A stretch of 63,604 nucleotides of DNA, filler included, from Phoronis australis (lineage: Eukaryota; Animalia; Phoronida), in assembly GCA_002633005.1 (NCBI GenBank). It is 8 parts of 8 records of this genome, joined end to end, with 100 filler letters (N's around TTAATTAATTAA, not from the genome) between each part and the next. Parts side by side here need not be neighbours in the genome. Positions count along the whole stretch, not along the records: positions 1 to 12,900 come from NMRA01001612.1; 7 more parts are not named here. One strand, written 5' to 3'. The notes below the pieces were generated by a model. The model was not told the DNA's origin. It saw only the letters and a program-made list of their open reading frames with translations, and made no database searches. A program made the position numbers and the translations under genes. This document shows, piece after piece, positions 1 to 12,219 of this stretch (the stretch's first letter is position 1; each line of letters begins with the position of its first letter).

Positions 1-162
1 TATTTAAAGGTGTGGTATTCCTAGTTTTATTTAAAGGTGTAGTATTCCTAGTTTTATTTAAAGGTGTAGTATTCCTAGTTTTATTTAAAGGTGTGGTATT
101 CCTAGTTTTATTTAAAGGTGTAGTAATCCTAGTTTTATTTAAAGGTGTGGTATTCCTAGTTT
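1..162. repeat. 27-bp minisatellite (TATTTAAAGGTGTRGTATTCCTAGTTT) x6, running off the window start
   Basis: Tandem copies read directly from the sequence. Confidence 0.95.
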
Positions 163-593
163 CTTTCATTGGCATTTTGTAAAAAAACCTTTCCTGTTTA
201 CACAGACCTAGAGTGAACTACTTGTTGGGAGAGTGAACAGAATTTGATGTATTGTGTTTGTTTTGCATATATTGAGCAGAAAATCTTATGGGCTGTAAGC
301 ATCTCAAGTGTTAACGGTGCAAAAATCTCATCACTTTAATTCCCTGAAGCTTGTCTAAAATCAAGATATTACTTAGCTTTTGATTTGATAGGTGAATTCT
401 CTTTTGGTATTTCTACAATTACCGCTATCACATGCGTGCACTCAGGAATGTCTCCGGGGGCTCGTCTCAGAGAAACAAAAACTCCAAAAAAGTAGAAAAC
501 AGGACAAAAGTCCACTAAAAAGGCAAGAAATACCAAAATTTGACAAATGAATCTTTTTAAAAGATCTAAATTCTGAAAAATTCGAGCCCCTTT

Positions 594-670
594 TTAAGAG
601 CATGTTCGCGAATGGACCAGGCAGAGGGTGATAAACGCTATGTCACAGATTCTCTTTATATTTTGTTTGA
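594..670. mobile_element. Truncated extra copy of the Sola3 left terminus
   Basis: TTAA(594-597)+GAGCATGTTCGCGAATGGACCAGGCAG... matches 742-818 with about 4 substitutions, then diverges. Confidence 0.8.
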
Positions 671-2984
671 CTGCACAGTTATGTAATCTTCTGATTCTGT
701 GTTCTTCTCTAATGTGCTCCCTGACTGGCAGGCTAGTCGACTTAAGAGCATGTCCGCGAATGGACCAGGCAGTGGGTGATAAACGCCATGTCACAGATTC
801 TCTTTATATTTTGTCTGTGTGATGAGCCTGGGCCCACTGACTCCAGACCACCTTTATTTTTTTTCAAAGCGCCTCCTTTTGGTTTCCATGGATACTAATT
901 GTTTTTGGGCAGTTTTCAGCCTAGCGGCAGTTGAGTTTTAGCGAATTTTAAACAATAAATTTGAGCAGTAGGAGTAACGTTGAAATAAAGAATCTGTATT
1001 AATAATCAGGTGTGGCCTTCGACTACTTTATTCATGCAAGTTTGACAGATTTCTATAATTCTTTGCCTATTTATAGCGCCGCATAAGAAGAGTACTTTTG
1101 GTGATTTTTGAAATGGTCAAAATTGGCTAAATTTGTCTCCCGATATCTCAGCTGGCACAGGTCCCAGAACAATCTAGTACCAACCAAACTGTTGGGCTAC
1201 CTTAGATCTACAAAATAAGACAAAAAAAATTTCTGGCGCCAACTGGTTTCATATCATTTGACGTCGAAACTGACTGGTGGTCACGCCATTTCACCACAGT
1301 GAGCAATGGCGACAAACGCGGAAAAAAAATTAATATCTACTATTGGTTGGCACCCAAACTGCGAATCAACTTCGGTATTTATCAAACCAATGACCATTGT
1401 GATTTCTAGGGTCTGAGGGTACTCCATTTTACTTTTGAAGGTGCTCAGTCATAGGTACGTGTACTTATACTGAGCAAAAAGACTACTTTTGCGAGGGTCG
1501 AAATTAAAGACTCAGTTCTTGCAAAACGCGGCCAAAAAAACTAACGCCGATAAGCCATTCTCATTCTCCCCTCTTGCGACTTTCTATATCCTACCGTACA
1601 ATGTTTTATGAACAATCTTTTATTTGTGGTTTTATCTGTGGTTAAGCGATTAACAAGGCAATTACTTACCGTGAGTTAGCTCTGGAATGGGTCTGAACAA
1701 ACGTTGTTGTTGTGATAGCTTCACCAGGTTGTGTCATAGGGCGTAAGAAGCGTACGACAATATCAGGGTGAAAGATTCGTTGGCAATCATAGAGAAAGGC
1801 AAAACTACTTGTGGCCAGAGTTAGTGGACGGTACCTAGGACTATAATATTACTCCCAGACGGTACATAGCCGTCACAGCCCCAATAATGTCACCTTTTGG
1901 AGTGGTATGGATAGTGTTATCACGTTGCTATCAGATCATCTGTGACCAGCAGGACACATAGGGGAACATACTTGACAGTGTGTGTCTGAAAGTGAGAAGT
2001 TAAGCAAAGGCGAATTACTTCCCATCTGGTACCACGTGATCAGCCGTTGCTTGATTATATGAAAACCTCTTGTAGGAAGCACTGTCAGATTTTTGTTCAC
2101 AACAGAGTGCATGTGAAAGAAGTGAAGATGATAAAGGCTGCATTCAATATGAAGAAGTCCATCAGTACTAAATGAGTGTTTTATTGTCGCTCATGTTTTT
2201 TGCGACTTCTCAGTAAACTCATAATATACAGCATATAAACTTCTCAAACAGATCGGAGTTCAAAACGTGCTTCATAATCATTTGGTTCTAAAGTTTTTGT
2301 GTCGCTTTAATAGCATGACTATCAACTTTTTCTTCCCCAAAATCACAACAGACCTATTTATTAGACATCAGGTTATAAACAACAACACATCAAGTGTGGG
2401 CATGCCAGTCAGGTTACATCCATGTCGTGAAATGGGTGACTTCGCCCTTGAGCTGATAGTCGTTTTCAAACCTCTCCATCAATTTCCTTATATGCTGTGT
2501 ATACTGAAGTCACCCATCCCTTTGTTAAACAATAGCAATGTTGTTTAAAAGGTTGAATGTGATAACTAACAAATTCTCTATCGGACTCACACATAGACGG
2601 CTCTGTGACAGGCTCAACATCACACCTCAGAGAAAAGCAACATGATACGCATAATGTGTTAGCAACAATCACCAACCCAATTCAGTCAGTATTAACTGTA
2701 AAGAGCTTATAAAGAAATTACTTTACATAAAAGAATCATTGGCCATTCTCTGAATAACATGAAGAGCTCAGTGAACCTATAGCTACAGATGCTGATAACC
2801 TATATACTATTTCCTGCCATTGTGGCTACACTCATTTCACTTCATGGATATAACATGACTCGTATGTCGACACTTGATGTCTTACTGTTTTTAACTTAAT
2901 GATGTCTAATGAATTGACCAAACGTCACATCAACATGATTTTTTTATTTGTGCGGCAATTGCACATCAATAACGGTTGGTAAAA

Positions 2985-5900
2985 TTAAACAGCCATCCCA
3001 ACAGATTGCACAATCTTCCGGCGAAGCTGAAATCTGATGTCTTCCTCAACAACACTGTCAACTTCAGTCTCTTCATAATTTGACAACTTCCCAGCGCGGT
3101 TCAAGGCAGCCAAGCGTGAGAAAAAACCTTTAACCTGTTGTGGTGTTAGCCAGTCTTCTTCTCCAAACTGTTTGTCCTTCTTCATTTCCTGTGAAGTTCT
3201 TGCAGGGTCTGCTTTGTTGCCAGATTGTTCTCCTTTCTGGAAAATGATAGTCAGGTACTTTCTCACACTCTCGGAAAAACGCACTCTTTTTGAGGCACTT
3301 CGCAGAGCCCAGCCATTACAGAGATGTGACTGCCTCTGAGTGTCACTACAACTTGCGCTTTGCAGGGTGAGCTGTGATGCTGAAGACACGGATGTGCATA
3401 CAGCAGTCCATCTTTTTTTTACGACATCACTGAAGTTTTCTTCCTGAGCCTTGTAAGCATGTCTCCCAAAATCAAGATGCCGTTCAAGCCCAGCAAAACT
3501 TGTGTATACCTTTATGCAGCACGGCTCAGGACAGCTGAAACCTTTGTCTTCTGGCACATCTTCACAGACTTCACTGCCACTACATTCCACACCGACACCA
3601 CCTTTTCGAATCTTCTGCACATGCTCAGATGCTTGGGCTAATGCAGGAAAGTTCTTGATGACAGTAAGAGCCGTTCTGGTATCAGGGAATTTCTTGTTTG
3701 ACAGGTACACTCCATCGCCTATGTTGTAACCTTTCCATACTTTCACTTGACCTAAACCAAACTCAAAATTTGTGTAGTTTGAAACACCTGCAATCGTGAG
3801 CTTTTCTTTCAAATTCACTTCACTTAATTGTGCAACACAGGCAATGCAACCTGTAACACCACCATACGACTCTAATGCACATTTCAAATCCTCTGCAGTA
3901 CACACATTGTTTCCTTCGTTGATGTATCTTCGTACATGTGCTTTCATCACTGCAATTTTTCTATCACATATATCTTTCCCTTTCTGTGGCTCGCTAAAGT
4001 CGTATCGTGTAATGTGGATGCTGGACCTCTTAGAAATTGTTGGCAATAACAGCATGAGCTGCGCAGAATGGTAGCATCCAGCATTGTCAGATCTCAGTAC
4101 AACATTCTTGATGTCAGGAAGGAACTTATTGAGATTCATCAACACATTTTCAATGATGGATGCAACACTGTACCAGTTCTGGTTAACCTGGTCAAAGATG
4201 TGGATAAAACAAAGTACCTGAAAAAATCAAACCATCACTTATATTTCAAGCTAAGATAAAATATAGGCTCAATGAGGCTATACAACATTTATCAATTTCA
4301 TGCTTCTCACCATCTATGTAATTCAATTCCCCAAACACTGTTCTGCATTTCTTACTGCAAAACCAATCTTCACTTTGCTAAATGTTTTGGAAATAAACAG
4401 AAGAACACAGTGGAGCTACAGCTATTTACAAGCTTACTACAAAATCCAATGTCAAAGCACATGCAACACCATACAATCAAATCAGTGTTATCAGTATTTC
4501 AGCCAAATGGTCTCAGACAGACAAATGCCACTGGATCATTTAATCTTTTGTGCATGGTACTTCAACCTGACATTTTCACTCCTGATTGTTTTTCAAAATC
4601 ATTAAGCTATACCCTTGCTACCAATTATAGTTATTACTTATGTACCTCAAAACCATGGTCTTTACTTTTTGATGTAACAGCCGAGACATGCCAGCTGATG
4701 CCCTTCTTCCCAAACCACTCATCTTGTCTCTCCCTAAAGCTCACAGGTAAGAACTTCATGGCCCAATCCATGGTGATAAGAGCATCGGAGGGGCCCAAAT
4801 TGTCAAGAAGGTCATTCTTTGCTTTCTCCTGTTGTACTCCTCTTAGAACATGTGCCTTCCATCTCCCGATATTTTCTTGCACTCTGTCAAGCTCGTGCTT
4901 CATTTCAGCCACTTCATCACTATAAAACAAGTTAAACACATCCTCTTTAGAATATCAAAGCACACCAGATAAATTGACCAGAAATTCCGCCATGACAGCA
5001 GAGCCCAAGCAAAAATCTCCATTATGATCACAGAATTGAGGCAGAATTAACCATCAGAGTAGCTTTAATGCCATACCTAACGCAGGGAAACAGGCTATTG
5101 TCCAATTACTGGTGTATATCCTAGCGCTAATGGCACATGATCAATTTTATCTGTGCACTGATGTTTACCTTTCACAGGAGACTCGCTATTTGATGTACCA
5201 CAAACGTTTCCGCAAAAAAGAAAGTCATCCTTGACATGCAATTCTCAAGGGTGTCAAAATTCAAAAATGCCAATCAAGTTCGATGTTCAGCTGTTACCTG
5301 TTTAGTGTAGTTTCCAGGCAAACTGCAGTCCTGACTTCCTGCACAACATCAGTCAATGCATTACACCTCTCGCAAACTTCATTGTGTTCATGAGAACAAG
5401 CAGATGTAAATCCAGCTTCACCAGTTGATAGAGCAAATGGGATGCAGTGATCAGCCACAGCACTACTTGAAGATACATGCATAGCGTAATCGGACTTCAG
5501 ATAGCGTTTGCAGGCTCGGATTAGAGACACAATACAGGCTAACCATTCATCTGATTGGCCTGAAATCAAGTAATAAATAATACTAGTATGTCAATGGAAC
5601 TACACATAACCAGACTGAGATGATGCTTTGAAAACAGACTTGCCAGTGCAACAATTAACAGAAACAGAGCAGAACAATTGAGGGCAGATGCCGTTTATTT
5701 GCTTGTTACATCTAAAAAGCAAAGAGCATGATATTCGTGTACTTGATTTTGAGGTCACAAACTTCATTCAGCATAAGCGATGATGCGGTCATGGAAAAGT
5801 AAAATATGAGAGAAAATTTAGCCGCAGGCATGTTACTAGTACAGAAAGCACACCTGGAAATTGGAAGATAAGACTGTAAATGCCGTGGTAGAAGTCGTAA

Positions 5901-8900
5901 CTTCCGGGCACTCGTAATTACACCTAAAAATTGGAAAATACGACTGGAATTTGTGGTCAGGCGTGTTTATGACTGCAGATTTTCAGATAGGTCCAGCGCT
6001 GTTCAGTAAATTTTTTTCTGATGCTGAAGCCTCAACCCATAAGACAAGGCCTTCAGAAAATGATAAGTTTGGTGGTCAAGATGTGATAAAATGCATTAAA
6101 ATATTATACCTGCTTGATTAACTGTGGTAGCAATCTTCTCAAGGATGTCAAAAGCTTCAGCACCATCAGCATTGATGTTGTCCAAGCCACTTACAGATTT
6201 CTTTTGAGACGCCGGGCATAGCTAGAAACCAATACACAATAAACATGGTGACATTTGCCCTTAACTGTAAGTACTTCACTAGTTCACTTGAAGTTATTTA
6301 TAACTGCATAAACTGAAAATAGATGATATCCACATATTTGGGGATGACATTCAGTCAAACCAATGAGCTAGGAAGGGTATAGCATATTGGTCGCACTTGG
6401 TATAAGCCAGGACTAATGCGACAAATGCTAATTTTTCCTTAATTACCCTACATACTCTGATTCTACTTCATCTTAAAAAATTTACCTTCAACACAGAGAA
6501 AAGAGTTGTCCTTCCAAGCGGATGATAATTGGTTTCACTGCAGTAGATTTGGTAAAGGTTGACTAATCTTGTGGCAATGACTGTTCTTACAACATTGGGT
6601 ATCTCCAGTTTCTCTCCTGACGACAACTTCAGCATTTTCGTACCAAAAGCCACATCTTGAAGAAACACTGGACTGGATATGAAGTCTATGAAGTGATCCA
6701 GTTTTGTTAAGTCAATACGAGAACGCTGGACTTGTACATCTTCAACATCTTCACCAGGACCAACGAGGGCAGCATGTCTTCTCGCCTCATCTATTCGCCA
6801 TTTAGTGAGACCTGGGATAAGTTCTTGCAGTTCCTGCTTAGTGTAACTGTTTACATACACTGACAATATCTGCTTCCGGATGAAACCAGAGGTACATGCG
6901 TTATATACAAGAACCCAAGAATCTCGGTCTGAGGCCAGAGATGCATCAGGTTCATGGATAAGTTTCAGCAACGCCTCACCCTGTTCAGGGGCAATGCACC
7001 CAAGTACCACTTCCACTATCTCCTTGCCTTTTCGCTTATAATAACGCCTGGTACTTTCAGCCACGTTTTCAAGATCTGTTTGAAGCTGAGCTCTCACCGG
7101 ACTTACTCGTCCATCTGATGCAAATGTCAGGAACTGGTTCAGCTTTGGAAGTTTTGGCATTGGAGTGGGAAGCCACATTGACGGTTGGTCAGATTCTTCT
7201 CCGCTTGCTAATCTTCCCTGGAATAATGAATATCATTTTTACTTGAAACATTTAAATCATATTCCTCCAGATGTACCAATCCATTTTTTGTCTATGCAGC
7301 CCACTCTCTAAATTTCCAAAAGTTTACCTCAATTACACACTATCCTTATTAAAAACTCCAAGTCTAGACAATCTGACATTGCAGTATCTTAAAAAGAAAA
7401 AAAGAAAAATAATCAATGTTTTGCAGGGTGTAAAGTCAAATATTAGCCTAATACTGTAGTTATGAATTTACTTACGGCTTCATCACTACTGCTAGACCAC
7501 AAGCGTGGGTTGCTTGGCACTTCCAACGTTTCTGTACTTGTACCTCTTTCTTGAGCACTGTCAGGGGAGGACGACGATCCCATAGCAGACTGTTCCTCAG
7601 AAGTAGTGTATGAACCCTTTGAAATGTGTAAAAAAGTATTAGGTGGAATGAATCAAAAGTACGGTAGACATTCAATTTTTATGCCAAGGAGAGTTTTGAG
7701 TTTCTAGGTTGAAAATGCATATCAAGACATTTACAGAAAGAAAAAAAATGAAATAGGATTTAGGATTATTGTTTCATCTCTCAATCCTGCTGTTAATACA
7801 ATTCTGAGCCTAGTCAAACACGTGAACGTTTTATCAACTTTCAAATGTTCATGCCGACAATGGAACTCACTACCCAACAGTGAAAGCAGATTTAGTGTGG
7901 GAGAGAGAGTGAGCAAGTGAGAGAGAGCGAGCGAGAGAGAGCGAGCAAGAGAGAGCGAGCAAGAGAGACCGAGTGCGAAAGCGAGAGAGAGGGTGAGCAC
8001 AATGTAATTTCAAAAATGGCTATTGGTTTCTTACTCACAGAATGGCATACACTTTCAAAAACTAATGGAAACCTGCCAAGCATCGTTTCTAAATTTGCAT
8101 TAATGCATTTCTTAAATGCAAAGCGCTTTACTTACAAAAGCAATTACACATTGTTATGTTCGTGATTTTCATTAAACTTGCATAGTCCAAAACATAACCT
8201 TATATGGCAATGGTAGCTAGAATCATAGATTGTGTAAGTTGTGCAAAACAATTCTCTGAAATCTGATTATGACTCATGAGCATATGATCTTTAGTTCTGG
8301 TTGAGAGTTAGACAGCATAGTGAATAGATGTATATTGTAGATCTCTAGAATATACCCACGTAAAACTGTAACACAGAGTTGTGTTTGAAAGAGGTTTTCA
8401 TTCATAATGACAGCGAGCTCATTGGTTTTAGAGTTAAAGCCAGTGGAACACTGATTATAGTGTTAGAGACATTCTACAACGATACCGACATGGCCGCAGC
8501 ACACTTCTCGCGACATGGTATTCCAGATACCATCGTGTCCGACAATGGTCCACAATATTCGTGCCATGATTTTGTAAGATTTTGCAAATCATGGGATATT
8601 GTGAACGCAACAAGCAGCCCTGGCAACAGTAAAGCCAACGGTAAAGCAGAGTTTGCCGTAAAAACTGCCAAGCGTATATTCAGGAAATGTAAAGTTCCGG
8701 TAGTGATGTTTATTTAGCTATGCTAGATCACAGAAACACTCCTACCCAAGGTTTGTTATCCAGTCCCGCACAACGCTTGATGAGTAGAAGGACCAAAACA
8801 TTGCTGCCTACAGCCACTTCATTGCTCAAACCTGAAGTAGTTAGTCAGAAGCACACAGATCGTGACCTGAAGCGTCAACAACACAAACAAGTGCACTATT

Positions 8901-11457
8901 ATAACAAATCTGCAAAAGAGTTGTCTGTTTTGGAAGAGAGAGATTCTGTGCGTTTGCAACTTTTTTACACTTGGTCAGAAAGAATGGACCAAAGGTACTA
9001 TTTTGAAACGGCTTGACGAGCGATCGTACTCCATTGAAACCCCGACAAGTGTTGTTCGCTGAAATTGCCAACACATAAAGCCATCAAAAAACAGGTCGAG
9101 CCTGTAGACAACAAACCGGAAGACATGGTTGATGAAAAATCGGTCAAAGAAAACTCCGACCCACACACCATCAAAAGTGAAGTAAGACCTAACCAGCCTG
9201 TGACAACCACATTTGGGAGAGTGATTAAACCACTTGTGAGATACACACAGTGAGGAAATTGGTCAGAATAATACCAATCACTGTTTGTTCTTGTCACTCT
9301 GATAGTCCACCCAAAGTTGACTGGGTGAATCATAGCAGTTATTTACTACTGTTTACTATCATGATCCACTAGTAGCTTGTGTTTGTTTTGACTCCAGAAC
9401 ACTGACACTAACCCTTAACTGAACTAAGCAGATTGTTTACACTAATTTGTTACTATGCTGTAATTTGTGTCTTATAAGACATCTGTTTTCTATTAACTAA
9501 ACTGGACACCACTGAATGACATGCACTGTGGCTGAAGACAGATGGAGAACTTTAGATATAAACACTGGACCATGAGTAACAACTTTCAGAGAAGGGAGGA
9601 TGTTATGATAGATGTATCTTGTAGATCTCTACAATATACCCATCTAAAAGTAAAACCATAACACAGTTGTGTTTGAAAGTGGTTTTCATACACACACAAG
9701 GTGACATTAATTATACTTACCACAGAAACAGTACTCGGTGCATAATCAGATGCTACTTTTTTAGGCAGCCTTCTACAATTTCTGCAAACACCTACAAATA
9801 AAGGACTTGTTTAAATACATGTACACTGGTAATGAAGAACTGAAAACGCAAAATTAAAAAAATCCATGTTGACTGGCCTTGTCATATTCCAGGGTTGCTC
9901 TAGTGATTACCAAAAAGGTATGGTGAATGGGAACACTAACAGAAGATCTGTCTCATTGTCACTGCAATACCAGGGTTCACTTTTGGAGAGTGCCACGCGC
10001 CCTGGATATGTTAAATTTCAAATGATGCACTGCAGTGTTGTCCTGGAGGTCATCTGGTGTATTCACTTTTCTCAGCAAGAACATATAGGAAAAGTAATGC
10101 CCGCAAATTTTAGCTGAGATGGTTCATGTGACCTATGGTACGTAATATGTAAATTGAGCATTTCAATAAGGGTGAACGACACTAAGTACATTACTTCCGT
10201 CCAACCAGGACAAACACCCTAGGTACATGATTTATTTTTGCCACTTTGACCGATTGCTTTCAACATCAAAAGGAAATCCAATGAGATGTTGTATTTTCTG
10301 CTTTAACCCAAGGCCACTATATGAGTTGTTCAAGTAATCTAACAATAAACTTACAACTGACACAAGACACTACTAGAAAGTGTATCCAATGGCCCTAGGC
10401 TAGCCTACACTCCAACAATGGTCACAGGATGAGTATCACTTCACTTCTAATTAGCAACTCAAGATTGTTCATCAGGTGTTTACAGTGATGCAGGCCTACT
10501 GAAGTTCACCAATGGGCACAATAGCCAAGAAAGCTTAGTCTCTATACTGGTCAAAAACAAGTAACACTACATGTTGACATACCGGTACATTGTTACAATT
10601 TCATATGTGCATGGCCAGTCAGCTTGTGAATTCCCAGAAAGGAGAACCAGTTACTTCCACAGCAAGGTATTAGGTCTAGGTTTAGCTAGGATTTTGGGTC
10701 TGTCTGCCATGCCAAGGAGGTGGTGCTCCAGACAGAAGTGGCTGGGAAACAGAGTGCCTAAATTCTTTGAGAATTTGCCCTAAGTTACCTGCCAGCGCAC
10801 CAACCATGGCAAATTTTGCCCTTGAAATTTAGGACCTGCCCATCAGTGGGCGAGCGCGCGGGCTGCTGGCTAATACCTAGACAGGGGGGGCTACGTGTTG
10901 CCTAGCTAATACCCTGTTTCACATAATAACTATTCAGTGGAACTGACTGGTTCTCAAATCAGGGACCTATAAACTGACTATCAGCAACAAAATACTACCA
11001 TCATGTGATAAGCTGATATTTGAACAAAGCAGTACTCACCAGATCCAACGGGGACGAACACACTGTTTTGCTCCAGTAAGTCTTTAGACATGTCAGCCGA
11101 CATCCCCACTTCCGGCTTGGCATGCGAGCTGCTACTATGAAAAGGGTGTTTGCAGAGTCTACCTGGCTTCCATCTTATACCTAGATGAGCCCGGTGTCTT
11201 GGACACACAGTCAGGTCTGGACACACACTGGTAAATTGTCCGACTCGCGCCAAAATCAGCTGCCATTCAGTTTGTAGGTGAGGTGACCTAGTACTCACTC
11301 TGTGCTGCTTCAAGTGATTTTGAATGGGCTTCAGACATGTGGAAAGCACTTCACATTTTTTCTCCTTTGGGTAGTCACTGGAAGTCCCACACACTTCATC
11401 ACAAAAGCTACGAAAACTTGAACCCAATGAACATTCCAAATCTGGATCGTCAGACAT
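2985..11457 (-). CDS. Sola3-type DDD transposase, 8 exons, ~1080 aa, open reading frame intact
   Basis: Exons 11457-11040, 9791-9721, 7616-7476, 7217-6486, 6221-6110, 5559-5298, 4919-4646, 4217-2985. All introns are GT-AG and phase-compatible; total 3243 nt including stop. N-terminal Cys/His domain (CPRHR..LG..W..CKHPFH..VPVGSGVCRNC). Catalytic-type motifs TMDWAMKFLP, SDNAGCYHS, FSEPQKGKDICDRK. C-terminal CPEPCC..HLDFGRH followed by GWALR. Confidence 0.88.
7899..7993. repeat. Imperfect (GA)n/(GAGC)n microsatellite in transposase intron 2
   Basis: Seen directly; it explains the RERE and LSLS ORFs. Confidence 0.9.
8318..9698 (+). mobile_element. Internally deleted, decayed Ty3/Gypsy (Mag-like) LTR retrotransposon nested in Sola3 intron 2
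   Basis: Short diverged LTRs at ~8318-8407 and 9601-~9698 (shared ATAGATGTAT.TTGTAGATCTCTA.AATATACCCA...GTTGTGTTTGAAAG.GGTTTTCAT). Polypurine tract AGAGAAGGGAGGA at 9588-9600 precedes TG. PBS-like TGACAGCGAG at 8408. Integrase remnant inside. Outer boundaries are approximate and no clear TSD is visible. Confidence 0.85.
8490..9253 (+). pseudogene. Gypsy integrase core and C-terminal remnant, frameshifted
   Basis: HFSRHGIPDTIVSDNGPQY...TSSPGNSKANGKAEFAVKTAKR, then MLDHRNTP...SPAQRLMSRRTKTLLP, then TTFGRVIKP, spread over different frames. Gag, PR and RT are absent. Confidence 0.88.
10663..10916. mobile_element. hAT-like MITE in Sola3 intron 1
   Basis: TIR CAAGGTATTAG...CTAATACCCTG. The flanking 8-mers TTCCACAG and TTTCACAT match 6/8, as for a degenerate 8-bp TSD. 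Confidence 0.55.
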
Positions 11458-12219
11458 TTTCAGTCAAATATGAAGTGACACCTATTGTTGGACCATGGGT
11501 CCACAAAAACGTGGAATTTTAGTGAAAATTTTAAACATAACATAAACAAAAGTGTCTCACTTTATGAAACTGAACTAAATATTAATAAAAAAAAATTTTT
11601 AATCAAAAATTTGTGCTTTTCTGGTGTAATAGTGTTCCAAACAGGTATCATTATTGGAGGTAATTTCCACTCACGTGGTTGTCAAAAGCTTACGATTTCC
11701 ATAAGAAAATGCTCCGCGCCATAAAATTTTATTTTATTAATCAACAATGCTAAGATAGGTACATCTTGTATAAAAGTCTGGTGTTGATCAGTGTTGTGCC
11801 AGCTGAGATATTCGGGTTCAGAATGTGGCGAAATCGCATGCTTTGTTGACCTCTGACCCCTCTATAATTAAAGCCTAAAATTTTGAAATTAGCACCAGAG
11901 TTCATAAGATTATTTTAGCATCTAGATGAAGCCAACGACTTGCCTTATTGAAAAATATAAACAAATAGTTATGTTGGGCACCAGTATTTCTATATTATGC
12001 ATTTCAAATATGCCATTTTCAGAGAATCCATTGCTTCCTAGTAGCCCCAAAATAGAGCCCCCTGATTTCTCCCCCTAAAACATGGTAAAATGAGCTTAGA
12101 CTTTACTGTTTTGTTTATCACCCCAAAGGTAACTAAAATGCATAGTATGGTTCAAATCCGTGACATTAGGTTTATCACCCCTCTGGACATTTTTGCCTGC
12201 TGTGAACCGTACTTCACTC

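Larger units (their letters stand above)
746..12219 (-). mobile_element. Sola3-type DNA transposon, full length, putatively autonomous
   Basis: TTAA at 742-745 and 12220-12223 (TSD). Termini 5'-GAG...CTC-3'. Inverted subterminal motifs at 774-799/12155-12180 and 1139-1159/11795-11816. Encloses a DDD transposase with a C-terminal C2H2 finger and GWAL motif. TTAA TSD and GAG/CTC termini are the described Sola3 hallmarks. Confidence 0.85.

Noticed and set aside
1-162. 27-bp repeats as a CRISPR array
   Set aside because: Head-to-tail with no spacers, in a eukaryotic context.
4068-4925. Plus-strand ORFs of 217, 101 and 63 aa
   Set aside because: Antisense shadows of transposase exons and an intron, with no protein-like motifs.
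7731-8165. RERE and LSLS-rich ORFs
   Set aside because: (GA)n microsatellite inside a transposase intron.
746-12219. piggyBac or Kolobok assignment based on the TTAA TSD
   Set aside because: GAG/CTC termini and the DWAMK, SDNAGCY, GKDICDR and C2H2-GWAL motifs fit Sola3. piggyBac CCY ends and a Kolobok-type two-gene layout are not seen.
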